A stretch of DNA of 64,000 nt from Candidatus Microgenomates bacterium (GTDB lineage Bacteria > Patescibacteriota > JACPGU01), in NCBI GenBank assembly GCA_016188915.1, contig JACPGU010000003.1, forward strand, positions 73,045-137,044, in the 5' to 3' direction. Of the stretch, positions 1-8,963 are shown piece after piece (the stretch's first letter is position 1; each line of letters begins with the position of its first letter). The notes beneath the pieces were generated by a model. That model did not search any database and was not told the origin of the DNA. It saw only the letters and a program-made list of their open reading frames with translations. A program made the translations under genes and the position numbers.

Positions 1-35
1 TTGACAAAAAAGATTTGCCGGTGGAAGGAATGAGG

Positions 36-68
36 CTCGTTATTCTAGCTTGTAGCTAGAATAACGAG
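36..68. repeat. Perfect 15-bp inverted repeat upstream of tRNA
   Basis: CTCGTTATTCTAGCT-TGT-AGCTAGAATAACGAG read directly. Confidence 0.85.
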
Positions 69-80
69 AAATAACAAAAT

Positions 81-166
81 GCCCGGGTGGCGGAACTGGT
101 GTACGCGGCGGACTTAAAATCCGTAGCCCTTAATCGGGCTTGTGGGTTCAAATCCCACCCCGGGCA
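81..166 (+). tRNA. trnL: tRNA-Leu (anticodon TAA), CCA not encoded
   Basis: Acceptor stem GCCCGGG/CCCGGGC, anticodon arm GCGGA-CTTAAAA-TCCGT, long variable arm, T-loop GGTTCAAATCC, discriminator A. Confidence 0.95.
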
Positions 167-207
167 TTCTGAAAAAATATAAAACCATCCGAGTAAATGA
201 GCCATAT

Positions 208-1041
208 ATGGATAACTACAAAGGCGATATTATTGAAGAATCTTTGGAAAACAGAGATGTTCTCAAAGAAGTAAATATAATTTCAACGAAAGTTGAAAAA
301 GTTACGGAAGAACATCAAACGCCGTGGCTTTCACGATGGACTTTAGACACTATTGAAGTTGAGGAAGATAAAGCGAGTGATTTAGCTGAGAAATTAAGCA
401 AGGCGCTTGATCCAGAGCACGGCTGGTATATTGACTACCGAAATTACAAATATCATTTTGTTATTTTCAAAAATAGAGTTTTAAAACTGGATCGCAGTAA
501 AAAATCTGATTACGACGACATGATCAAATATGGTTTGTCTGTCGGCACGCCAGATTATCAGTTGCCGAACTTTGCCGATTTGCCTATTGATGTTTTAGAC
601 GCTTTCTTACGAGAGGCGAATTTGAATACTTACGCTAACGAAAATATCAAAAAAGCGTCTTCGCTCCGTCCGGGTTCCAGCGACTATCATTTTGAAAAAG
701 GCGATCTGACTTATCACGACACTTACTTTGGCGCTACTAAATTTGTTGGCGAAGAAATCGTTTATAAAAGTGGCAAACCAGCTTGGGGCATGAATTACTA
801 CGGCTTTACGCTTGATAATGAGATAAGCGAGGGCTTATTTGACGCAATTTTGCGTCCAGCCCTGATGTCTGGTTCGGGCGACAATATACCAGTTCGTGGA
901 CCGAAAGAATTCGTGAATGGAGACTGGAAATACACTTTTGACGCTGAGGGCGATTTAACAAACTTCACAGGCGTAGAGGAAATTTCTAAAAATGGCAAAG
1001 TGGTTTGTCGGTTATACTGCCACGGCGGATTTATTGAATAA
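208..1041 (+). CDS. Two-domain protein: N-terminal hypothetical domain plus C-terminal DUF5680-like domain
   Basis: Start moved to ATG 208 because the listed 142 start lies inside the tRNA. C-terminal YHDTYFG..F.GEE.V...P.WGMNY.G and P.RGP motifs resemble DUF5680. Confidence 0.7.
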   Translation: MDNYKGDIIEESLENRDVLKEVNIISTKVEKVTEEHQTPWLSRWTLDTIEVEEDKASDLAEKLSKALDPEHGWYIDYRNYKYHFVIFKNRVLKLDRSKKSDYDDMIKYGLSVGTPDYQLPNFADLPIDVLDAFLREANLNTYANENIKKASSLRPGSSDYHFEKGDLTYHDTYFGATKFVGEEIVYKSGKPAWGMNYYGFTLDNEISEGLFDAILRPALMSGSGDNIPVRGPKEFVNGDWKYTFDAEGDLTNFTGVEEISKNGKVVCRLYCHGGFIE

Positions 1042-1159
1042 AATCAACGGAAGATTTTTATTAGCAAGAAAGGAATTAAAAAACACCTCAACGCCCGAAG
1101 TTGGGGGAAGGATAATATCCTATGGACTTTATCGAGCAGATTTTGACAATAGTTAATAA

Positions 1160-1528
1160 ATGGATTGTATGATTGGTAAATATCATCAAGGTTTGACATT
1201 AGAAAAATGGGCCTCTTATGGCACAGACGGCATGATTGGTAATATCGGGAGTGACATTAGTCGCGCTATTTCCGCTCGAGCAAAAAACGACGAACTTCAT
1301 TACCGCGCTTCAGTCAATAGGGCGATAGAGCTGATAGAAATGACAGCGGAAGTCTTGAGAAAAAGCGCCACTCCGTGGCGCGCTAAGGAAATGGAATGCT
1401 TGCGAGAATTGGTTCTCGGCGTGGAAGATAGTAGTATGATTGATCCAGACGGGTTAGAATATGCCGACAATTATTGTATGGAGTTTGCCTTGAGGGCTCA
1501 AAAAACCTTTATTGCAAATCATTCCTGA
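1160..1528 (+). CDS. Hypothetical helical protein
   Basis: 122-aa ORF with an MIGNIGSDISRA segment; no function recognised. Confidence 0.6.
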   Translation: MDCMIGKYHQGLTLEKWASYGTDGMIGNIGSDISRAISARAKNDELHYRASVNRAIELIEMTAEVLRKSATPWRAKEMECLRELVLGVEDSSMIDPDGLEYADNYCMEFALRAQKTFIANHS

Positions 1529-1579
1529 TAAGGTTTAGTTATAATTCTTGCAACTTTACAAATAGGAGGAACGAAGCAA

Positions 1580-1747
1580 ATGTCGAGAATCCCAGAAATA
1601 AAATGTTCATTCTGCGATACTCCCATGGAATATCAAGGAGGACCGAGCGACACGAATCTTCTGATTATGCGATGCCCCAAGAAGGGCTGTGGCTATCAGA
1701 GGACATGTTATGTGGAAGGGACACTAGTGGCGACGCACTCATCTTGA
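1580..1747 (+). CDS. Small zinc-ribbon protein (55 aa), absent from ORF track
   Basis: AGGAGG at 1564-1569 then ATG; translates MSRIPEIKCSFCDTPMEY...RCPKKGCGYQRTC (CxxC...CPxxxC). Confidence 0.7.
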   Translation: MSRIPEIKCSFCDTPMEYQGGPSDTNLLIMRCPKKGCGYQRTCYVEGTLVATHSS

Positions 1748-1770
1748 GGGAAAAAGAAAGGAGCAGAGTA

Positions 1771-2259
1771 TTGTCCAAGATACTGAATACTTTCGTGAAG
1801 GCTTCTGGTGATTTGTTGGAAAACGAGAAACTTTTAGCTTTCTTGGCGACAGTGGAGAAACAATGCCATCACTTGGTTGTCTGCGTGGGTGGCGGGAGTC
1901 AGATTAGCCAAGCGCTGGCGGAGAAAGGGATCGAAAGTCAATTCGGCCCTTTGGGGCGAGAAATTACCACCGACGAAGGCGGGGCAATAGCTTCAAGGAT
2001 TCTGAATGATAACGCTCGGGCATTTAGAGCCCGATTGTCCCAGAAAGGGATTAGCGCCGTAGTGCTGACTCCGATTTTGCAAATCGGGGGGCTCATCTGC
2101 CTTGTCAATGGCGACATCTATACTTTGAGTGCCTATCATGGCTTCAGTCAGCTTTTCGTGGCAACGCGAGCCGATCGGTTGGAGAAGAAAAGAGAGGAAT
2201 TCGCTCGCTTTGGCACGTGTCTTGCCCCGCAAGGGAAAATTGAGATTCTAGGGCTTTGA
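1771..2259 (+). CDS. Amino-acid-kinase-fold (acetylglutamate kinase-like) protein, short
   Basis: TTG start after AAGGAG; FVKASGD, VGGGSQIS, G.R.T and VNGD motifs of the AA_kinase family. Confidence 0.6.
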   Translation: MSKILNTFVKASGDLLENEKLLAFLATVEKQCHHLVVCVGGGSQISQALAEKGIESQFGPLGREITTDEGGAIASRILNDNARAFRARLSQKGISAVVLTPILQIGGLICLVNGDIYTLSAYHGFSQLFVATRADRLEKKREEFARFGTCLAPQGKIEILGL

Positions 2260-2280
2260 AAAAGGAGGTGAATTTTTTAC

Positions 2281-2310
2281 AAACGGCTCGTGAAAAGAGC
2301 CGTTTTTTGT
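2281..2310 (+). terminator. Intrinsic terminator
   Basis: AAACGGCTC-loop-GAGCCGTTT followed by T run. Confidence 0.8.
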
Positions 2311-2411
2311 TTGCTCAAACTTCCTGAAACTTCCTGTCGAGTCGTCACCCCAGCAGGGAGCTTGCCATTAATAGTGATGGTGCTCAAGAAGTCGCTTTAT
2401 GCAGGAAAAAT

Positions 2412-2440
2412 TTGCTCTATTTGAATAAATTTGATACAAT
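2412..2440 (+). promoter_or_regulatory. Putative sigma70 promoter
   Basis: TTGCTC-17-TACAAT with TG before -10; similar to the 4770-4798 promoter. Confidence 0.55.
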
Positions 2441-2514
2441 ATAGGGACAACATATCGGAAAAGGGAGTCGCCCCTTAAAAACCGGCAAAATAGACGAGGA
2501 AAGGATGGAGAGCC

Positions 2515-3531
2515 ATGTCGATCGTTTCAATATTCTACTATGTTTATTTCATAAACATAGTAGCGGGATTAATTATCGGAGCAATCATTTTGCTGGATTC
2601 AGAAAATGAAGGATTTGCCCCGATTGTTTTGAGCGTTGCGTCTATGGCGCTGTCATGGCTTATTGTCTACCAAGACAGAACCTTATGGATGATTCTTGCC
2701 ACAATACTATTCACTCTTTGTTGGGGCTATTTTCTTTTGCTTGATCAACGAGGTGGCTTTTATGGCAAAGAGATTACTATTACGATGTGGATTCTTCTTG
2801 CTCTGAGCGTTTTGTGCGTCGCCAATCTGTACGGTCGCAATAGATATCTCGCCACAGAGAAGCGCATTGTGGTAGAAGAGCAACTGAAGAAGGCGGCTGA
2901 GGCCGAAAAAATAGCGGTAAAAGTGGCGGAGGAAGAAGAAAGAAAGGAGAAACCCCCCATTACCGTCGGACTACTCGAGGAAAGAGTCAAGGAAATAAGT
3001 GGCATCCGAAACAGATTGAATGTAAAAGAGCTGGAGTTCTCTAGCTTGAAGGAGGGTTTTAAAAAGGAGGTAGAAAAGCACAAAGACGAGATCAAAGAGG
3101 AGTGTAGAAAAAGAGCTCAATGTCCGTCTTCTTTCGATCAGGCATTGGCCGATATCGTTATTAGTTCTAGTCTTGCCTTGATCCAGAAAAAGCGCACCTA
3201 TATCACCGCTCTGGGCAAGCTAGAATTTCAGATAAAAAAGAGTAGCCAAGAGCTACGCTTTTTAGCAGAATCGGCGGAGGCCGATGCTCGGCTGATGAAG
3301 GTCGCAGGTAATGAGGGATCCAGGGAGTTGGTCGAGGCTATCGACAAGATCATCAAAGAGAGTATCGCCTATGACAATTTCTCCAAAGAAATGATGGAGA
3401 AAATCAGTGGTGCTAAATCTCAAAACCTCGAGCCCATTTGGAAGGAGATTTTGGCCGAAGAAGAATTTAGGATTCAAGAAGGAGAGCGAAAAAGGCAGGA
3501 AAGTGAAGATGCTTTGCTGAATACTGAATGA
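2515..3531 (+). CDS. Membrane protein with C-terminal coiled-coil domain (paralog of 4885-6051)
   Basis: About four N-terminal hydrophobic segments, then a charged helical domain with LIQKKR.Y and IDKIIKES motifs. Confidence 0.8.
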   Translation: MSIVSIFYYVYFINIVAGLIIGAIILLDSENEGFAPIVLSVASMALSWLIVYQDRTLWMILATILFTLCWGYFLLLDQRGGFYGKEITITMWILLALSVLCVANLYGRNRYLATEKRIVVEEQLKKAAEAEKIAVKVAEEEERKEKPPITVGLLEERVKEISGIRNRLNVKELEFSSLKEGFKKEVEKHKDEIKEECRKRAQCPSSFDQALADIVISSSLALIQKKRTYITALGKLEFQIKKSSQELRFLAESAEADARLMKVAGNEGSRELVEAIDKIIKESIAYDNFSKEMMEKISGAKSQNLEPIWKEILAEEEFRIQEGERKRQESEDALLNTE

Positions 3532-3552
3532 AGAATCAAAGGGGGATGGAAA

Positions 3553-4383
3553 ATGTTTAGGAAAACGTGGGATTTTTTGAAGAATAATTTTCCAGTTTGG
3601 CTAAAGAACCTCTTGGTTTTTTCCATACTGGCGATTATCATGATTGGAATCTTCAGGTTCGGCAATGCCTTGGCCGTGTTTTTGGTCTTTCGATCAATAG
3701 CCAAAAGCATTGCTTTCAATTCGGGATTACCGGATTGGATCGCCTACTTGATGGCAATTCCTCCAGTAGCGATGCTGGCTTACGGGATGAAGATGTCTTT
3801 TTCTTTTTCGGCAAAAAAACGAAGAATAGGCTACGCCCTCTTGTGTGGTTTTTTCTTTGTCCCCATGATGATAATGGGGTTTATCAGCAAAGACCATGTC
3901 TATTATCCCGATGGCCGACCGGCGAAATGTTACGCCGCTACACTAACGGGATATGAGTATGTCTCTTGCGAATGGAAGGTTCACCCTGTTTTTGGGACGG
4001 CAGTAAAGCCTGTTGTTCCAGATATCATTCATGCTATATGGGCGCAGGAACGCCAAGTGCCGGCGGTGGAGAGAATCGTTCCAACGAAAGACACTCGTTT
4101 TTATACGACTGATGGACAACCCCTCATCTGGTTTTATCAAAGACCGGATGGCAGGATAGAACTTTTCGGTCGACCCGGCTATCATCCGCAATTTGGCAAT
4201 GTTCAATTGCAGCCGGCTACCAGTGAAATTGTTTTGAAAATTTTTGAGCATTTGGAAAAAGAAGAGAGGAATATGGTCATTTTCTCCAATGACTCAAAAA
4301 AGCAAGACGAAATCTCATCTTCCAGCACAAGGGAGCTACAAAAGCTTCGCGATCTTTTCGTCACGATTGGGGGTGATAACTAA
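3553..4383 (+). CDS. Hypothetical membrane protein
   Basis: 276 aa; N-terminal TM segments and a soluble domain with two DG.P...Y-like motifs. Confidence 0.75.
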   Translation: MFRKTWDFLKNNFPVWLKNLLVFSILAIIMIGIFRFGNALAVFLVFRSIAKSIAFNSGLPDWIAYLMAIPPVAMLAYGMKMSFSFSAKKRRIGYALLCGFFFVPMMIMGFISKDHVYYPDGRPAKCYAATLTGYEYVSCEWKVHPVFGTAVKPVVPDIIHAIWAQERQVPAVERIVPTKDTRFYTTDGQPLIWFYQRPDGRIELFGRPGYHPQFGNVQLQPATSEIVLKIFEHLEKEERNMVIFSNDSKKQDEISSSSTRELQKLRDLFVTIGGDN

Positions 4384-4384
4384 T

Positions 4385-4585
4385 ATGGGCGATGACAACA
4401 GGAAAACGACGAAAGAAAAGTGGATTCTTGGCGGGCTGGTTGCCGGTGCCGGAATCTTCACTGGTTTGGCGGTTGCTCTTTTCAGAAATCCCGAAAAGGT
4501 AAGGGAGAAATACGAAGAGGGCAAGAAACTCGGACGTGACCTCATCGAAAAATTTGAAAGTACCATCAAGGGGAAGAAACCTTAA
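4385..4585 (+). CDS. Small single-TM protein (YtxH-like architecture)
   Basis: ATG 1 nt after upstream stop; Gly-rich hydrophobic helix followed by a charged tail. Confidence 0.6.
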   Translation: MGDDNRKTTKEKWILGGLVAGAGIFTGLAVALFRNPEKVREKYEEGKKLGRDLIEKFESTIKGKKP

Positions 4586-4668
4586 GGCTGACCCATCGAG
4601 GGGGAAATAACCGAAGATGCCAGCACGAAACTTATCTGCCGGTCTTGAATCAGGCCAGTGGATCATTG

Positions 4669-4704
4669 CTCCGCTTTCTCGCTTGCGAGTAGCGGAGTTT
4701 TTTT
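4669..4704 (+). terminator. Intrinsic terminator
   Basis: CTCCGCT...AGCGGAG stem followed by T7. Confidence 0.75.
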
Positions 4705-4769
4705 ATAGCATCTCAGACCAAATCTATGGGCGGGAAACCCATAAAGCTTCATTGAGAAGGTAAGAATAT

Positions 4770-4798
4770 TTGCTATAATTGAACAATTTTGCTATGAT
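4770..4798 (+). promoter_or_regulatory. Putative sigma70 promoter
   Basis: TTGCTA-17-TATGAT with TG before -10. Confidence 0.55.
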
Positions 4799-4884
4799 AT
4801 GGTAGTTAGGTAGGAGCTACAAGTGTACTTTAATTTTTTTAAAAAAATCAAAACGCATATGTTTTGCGGAGGAGAGATTCAACC

Positions 4885-6051
4885 ATGGGGAATAAAACTC
4901 TCAGTATTCTCAAAAGCATTTTTGGCATCATTTTATTTCTTCTCTTAGACGTCGGTTTCGGTCTAATATTAGCTTTTTTGGCAGGGGCATTATTCGCTGG
5001 TCTATTCCTGGGGCTTGATTATTCCTATGATGCTCCCCTCAGTACCATGTTTATAGACGCGTGGCTGTTTTGCACAACACCTTGTAGCATGGTCCTCTTC
5101 CCTATAGTCGGATTGGCCTTCCTTGATTACGCCCAAAATTTTTTGGACAGCAGTAGTAGCAAAAGCGTGCGAAAGCAGTCCATGCGGCTTGCGGGAGTAT
5201 TCGCCATAGCCATGAGCATAATCTCTATCTTGATCTTTATTTTTTCTAGCAATCGCCTTCTTGCTACTGGCTATATAGCTATCGGTTTCTGTGTGGTCTG
5301 GATTATCTGCTCAATTATGGTTTGGCCTTATGACGGAGATTATTTTATGAAAAAAGACCGTTATCAGCAGCCGAATCAGGAAAAAATCACCTTTGACTCT
5401 TATATTAACCTCCCCAAGTGGACATGTTTTGGCATTTGTCTGGCGATGTTGGCGCTCAATATTGCCTATCCCATCAATCTCAGGTTGATACCTGAGCATA
5501 CGACCGCAAGGGTCAAAGAGGATAGGGCAGATGAAAGAGCCGAGCGTCCTCCAACTCCAGGTAGCCTAAGTGGAAAAATCCAGAATCTCGTTTCTGTTCA
5601 GAAGCAATTAGAGGCGCAACAAAAAGAGATCTCTCGCGTTAAGGGAGAATTCTTACAAGAAATCGATTCTCATAAGGCGGATGTTGATGGTAGGTGCAGA
5701 CAGACGCAATGCTCGCTGAAGTCTCCGACCACCATGAACGATCCTGTCATTAATTCTGCCTTACGCCTTATTCAGAAGAAGCGCATCTATGTTTCTGCTC
5801 TGGACAAGATGTGGTATCAAATGGAACAGGCGAGGATGGAGAATAGTTTTCTCACCGAATCGGCAAAGGCCGACTCAAAATGGCTAAAAGTTGCCAAAAG
5901 TAAGGAGTCGGCAGAATTGGTAGAAAAGATTGACAAAATTATCAAAGAAAGCGTTGTCAGCCCTGACCTTTCTACTGAGACTATGGAAAGATTAGGAGGA
6001 AAGGGGCAAAGCCTGGAAAGCATTCTCGGAGAAATACTAGGTGAGCCCTGA
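4885..6051 (+). CDS. Membrane protein with C-terminal coiled-coil domain (paralog of 2515-3531)
   Basis: ATG 4885 after GGAGG; multiple TM segments; C-terminal domain aligns by eye with the 2515-3531 product. Confidence 0.8.
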   Translation: MGNKTLSILKSIFGIILFLLLDVGFGLILAFLAGALFAGLFLGLDYSYDAPLSTMFIDAWLFCTTPCSMVLFPIVGLAFLDYAQNFLDSSSSKSVRKQSMRLAGVFAIAMSIISILIFIFSSNRLLATGYIAIGFCVVWIICSIMVWPYDGDYFMKKDRYQQPNQEKITFDSYINLPKWTCFGICLAMLALNIAYPINLRLIPEHTTARVKEDRADERAERPPTPGSLSGKIQNLVSVQKQLEAQQKEISRVKGEFLQEIDSHKADVDGRCRQTQCSLKSPTTMNDPVINSALRLIQKKRIYVSALDKMWYQMEQARMENSFLTESAKADSKWLKVAKSKESAELVEKIDKIIKESVVSPDLSTETMERLGGKGQSLESILGEILGEP

Positions 6052-6093
6052 GAGTCTTAGCTCGCCTCGTTTTCCACTATTATTGTCTAGCAT

Positions 6094-6124
6094 ACGCCAC
6101 TCAAATACGAGTGGTGTTTTTTTT
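6094..6124 (+). terminator. Intrinsic terminator
   Basis: ACGCCACTC-loop-GAGTGGTGT followed by T run. Confidence 0.7.
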
Positions 6125-6207
6125 AAAATAAAAACCGAAAATATTTTCCAAAAACTAAGAATGTTCTATGGAGAATATTTTCGGTATCCAGGTTTTATGA
6201 CAAGTAG

Positions 6208-6978
6208 CTATCTCCCATGTCGACCCTTCAGATCAGAGTCACTGACCACACAAAAAACTGCGTGTTTGACATCGAAAATATGATAGGCGGGGTCGACCAA
6301 AATAGGAGAAGGAACATCGATCATGGCGCAAGCATGAGTTACTTTTTTGTCATAGCAATCCCTATCGACTGTTACATATTGAGCTTTGACCCCCACCGAT
6401 CTGACAAGAACGATAAAGAGATAGGCCTGTTCTCCGCAAACTCCCTTGCCCTTGCGAAGCACTTCTTCTGCCGTATGATAGCCTTCTTTCCGGTAGGAAT
6501 ATTCGTGGTCGTAGCTAATGTTTTCTTGCATCCAATTGAAGATAAGGCGAGCCTTTTCTCGTGGAGACTTTTCTTTGCCGACTATCTTCTTTGCCAAATC
6601 ACGACCCTTCTTTGAAATGATGAAGGGATGGCTTTTCACATCGGGTATTATTTCCTCGAAAATAATTTTGAAAACTATACCCGACACTATTTGCAATATA
6701 TCGCCTTGTGCCTCAAACGATCTGAGAGAGGCCTGCCTTTTAATTTCATCCAGACTATCCCTTAGAAGCATGCGACTGTTGATATTAAGGGGTATCTCAT
6801 AATCACTGGTTATCCTATCGGCTATTATGGCGCACACGGTATTGGCGATATTGTCCAGAATCTTCACTTTTCTAACTTGTTGGCTTTTCTTTTTTAGCTC
6901 TGACGTAGAAAGAATCGCCTTTATGGTGATGCCTAAGAAGAACAAAAAAATCAGTCCGAGAAAATAAAGATAAGACAT
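6208..6978 (-). CDS. Transglutaminase-like domain protein with N-terminal membrane anchor
   Basis: W...NISYD, GVCGEQA, HACA and LVDP give a Cys-His-Asp triad. Confidence 0.85.
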   Translation of the reverse strand: MSYLYFLGLIFLFFLGITIKAILSTSELKKKSQQVRKVKILDNIANTVCAIIADRITSDYEIPLNINSRMLLRDSLDEIKRQASLRSFEAQGDILQIVSGIVFKIIFEEIIPDVKSHPFIISKKGRDLAKKIVGKEKSPREKARLIFNWMQENISYDHEYSYRKEGYHTAEEVLRKGKGVCGEQAYLFIVLVRSVGVKAQYVTVDRDCYDKKVTHACAMIDVPSPILVDPAYHIFDVKHAVFCVVSDSDLKGRHGR

Positions 6979-7098
6979 AGCTCATCTGCCTCCCCCCGAT
7001 TGAATTTGTAAAGTGCTCAAGTATATTGTATCTTATCCTAGCTATTTTTACTATAGCAATAGTTGTGGCAACAGGAGCTTCAGTTCCCAAGTGACTTA

Positions 7099-7156
7099 TT
7101 GACGGCGGTTTTTCTGTCTGTTACTATTGAGATACCCCTACCTATGGTGGAGGTAT
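7099..7156 (+). promoter_or_regulatory. Promoter plus CsoR-type operator
   Basis: TTGACG-17-TACTAT, then ATACCCCTACCTATGGTGGAGGTAT, a G/C-tract pseudo-palindrome like CsoR operators. Confidence 0.7.
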
Positions 7157-7177
7157 ATACAATAATTAGAAAAAACT

Positions 7178-7447
7178 ATGGATACCAAAGAAAAAACCAT
7201 CATCAATTTCAAAAAAGCCCAGAGTTCGCTCGGCAAAATCGTCAAAATGGTGGAGGACGACAAGTATTGCATTGACATCATGCAACAAAATCTTGCGGTA
7301 ATAGGTCTACTCAAATCAGCCCACCAAATGCTGATGGAGGGGCATCTTCATTCCTGTTTTCAGCAAGCTATCAGTACAAAAAATGAAAAAAAGAAACGAC
7401 TAATGACAGAAGAAATCTTGCAGGTGACTAAATTGGCTAATAAGTAA
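7178..7447 (+). CDS. csoR: CsoR/RcnR-family metal-sensing repressor
   Basis: KMVEDDKYCIDIMQQ and EGHLHSC give the Cys-His-Cys metal ligand pattern. Confidence 0.88.
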   Translation: MDTKEKTIINFKKAQSSLGKIVKMVEDDKYCIDIMQQNLAVIGLLKSAHQMLMEGHLHSCFQQAISTKNEKKKRLMTEEILQVTKLANK

Positions 7448-7458
7448 AAGGAGGTTCT

Positions 7459-7956
7459 ATGAAAAAAATAGACCCGATGATTTTGGTAGTAGCCTCTATC
7501 GCCATTCTCGTTGGCGTCGGCATTTTTTCCACATTTTTCTCTTTTGAGGGTGAAGATGCGACCCAATATCAGAGTAGCACTAGCGAAAGGCCAAAAATAG
7601 TTATTGCGGAAAAAGAATTTGATTTCGGCGATATTGCTCTCCAAGACATCAAAACAAAAGAGGTAGAGGTCAGAAACGACGGGCAGAAGCCCCTGATCCT
7701 TTCCAATTTTTCCACTTCTTGCAATTGTACCTTTGTCCAGCTAATCCAGGGCGACAAAGAAAGTCCTAGATTTTCCATGCACTATACGGACAAATGGCAA
7801 GCAGAGATTGTTCCCAATGAAAAGGCCTTGGTGCGAGTGATTTATCAACCGAGTCTGATGCCGGTGCAGGGGAAGGTGAATAGGTCTGCGGTTTTCAAAA
7901 CCAACGATCCGGACAATCCTTCTGTGGTCATCAATTTTACCGCTAATGTTCAGTAG
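7459..7956 (+). CDS. DUF1573-like Ig-domain membrane-anchored protein
   Basis: FDFGDI, N.G..PL, TSCNCT and TNDP motifs. Confidence 0.8.
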   Translation: MKKIDPMILVVASIAILVGVGIFSTFFSFEGEDATQYQSSTSERPKIVIAEKEFDFGDIALQDIKTKEVEVRNDGQKPLILSNFSTSCNCTFVQLIQGDKESPRFSMHYTDKWQAEIVPNEKALVRVIYQPSLMPVQGKVNRSAVFKTNDPDNPSVVINFTANVQ

Positions 7957-7958
7957 CA

Positions 7959-8636
7959 ATGCTTTACCTTGTCATCATCAATGGTCTGATCGACTCTTTC
8001 AATCCTTGCGCTATTGGCGTGCTCTTGTCGTATCTAGCAATCGCGCTTTCTTTGCGAGTCAAAAGAAGCGCCTTCATCTCTTTTGGTCTGGTTTATATCT
8101 TGGCCACCTACGCCACTTACTTTTTGATCGGGCTGGGAATGCTCAAAGTAATGCATCTTTTTGGCGTTCACAATTTCTTCGGCTGGCTGGCGGCCATCCT
8201 CATTCTCTTTCTGGGCGTCTTTCATCTCAAAGAATATTTCTGGCCGCATCTGCGCGTTCCTTTCCTTTCCGATTTTTTGAGTCGTTGCCGGATGCCGAGA
8301 TGGAATAGGGAGGTGACTATTGCCTCCGCCTTGGTTTTGGGATTTCTAATCGGTATTTGCGAATTTCCCTGTTCGGGAGGAGTGTATCTGGCCACGGTTG
8401 GCCTCTTGACTGTCAAGGCCACTTTCTGGCAGGGCATTTTTTACTTACTGGCCTACAACGCCATGTTCATCTTGCCCTTGGTAATAATCTTCGTTTCTAT
8501 TGGCAACGCGCTTGTTTTCTCCCACTTGCAAAAATTGCAGACCAGCACTTTCGCCATTGTTAAGCTCATCATGGGAATTTCCATGTTAGTTTCGGGGGGC
8601 TTGCTCCTCGCTTGGCTTTTGGCGGCCTTGGTTTGA
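7959..8636 (+). CDS. CcdA/DsbD-type transmembrane protein
   Basis: About six TM segments; DSFNPCA and CEFPCSGG.Y cysteine motifs. Confidence 0.8.
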   Translation: MLYLVIINGLIDSFNPCAIGVLLSYLAIALSLRVKRSAFISFGLVYILATYATYFLIGLGMLKVMHLFGVHNFFGWLAAILILFLGVFHLKEYFWPHLRVPFLSDFLSRCRMPRWNREVTIASALVLGFLIGICEFPCSGGVYLATVGLLTVKATFWQGIFYLLAYNAMFILPLVIIFVSIGNALVFSHLQKLQTSTFAIVKLIMGISMLVSGGLLLAWLLAALV

Positions 8637-8744
8637 TGTAATATTAGATGTTCGCGATACGATTTGACTTTTTTGTTTTGCCGATAGATAATAAAAAAAA
8701 CGAACGAAGGGTCGATGCAATATCAATAATTTTCAGGAGGTTTT

Positions 8745-8948
8745 ATGGAACAGAATCTCGGAAAATTAGACAGAATATTCCGTTTCCTTTTAGCTTTTTG
8801 GTGGCTTTCACCTACTATGGCGCCGAGTTTTTCGGCCGAATGGTTGAATATTGTCGTTGCTATTGTCGGCTGGATCGCGCTAGCCGAAAGTTTCCTCGGT
8901 TGGTGCTGGTTGCACGGCATTTTCAAAATTGATAATACCAAGCAATAA
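8745..8948 (+). CDS. DUF2892 (YgaP-like) membrane protein
   Basis: N.G..DR..R start and GWC...GI end; AGGAGG RBS. Confidence 0.8.
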   Translation: MEQNLGKLDRIFRFLLAFWWLSPTMAPSFSAEWLNIVVAIVGWIALAESFLGWCWLHGIFKIDNTKQ

Positions 8949-8963
8949 TCAAAAAGGAGATCT

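Noticed and set aside
142-207. Listed ORF start at 142
   Set aside because: It overlaps the tRNA T arm; ATG 208 is more plausible.
1474-1770. N-terminal extension of ORF 1474-2259
   Set aside because: It overlaps the upstream gene and the RBS-supported zinc-ribbon ORF; TTG 1771 has its own RBS.
2312-2410. AAACTTCCTG direct repeat and possible folded RNA
   Set aside because: Pairings are short and imperfect and no family motif was recognised.
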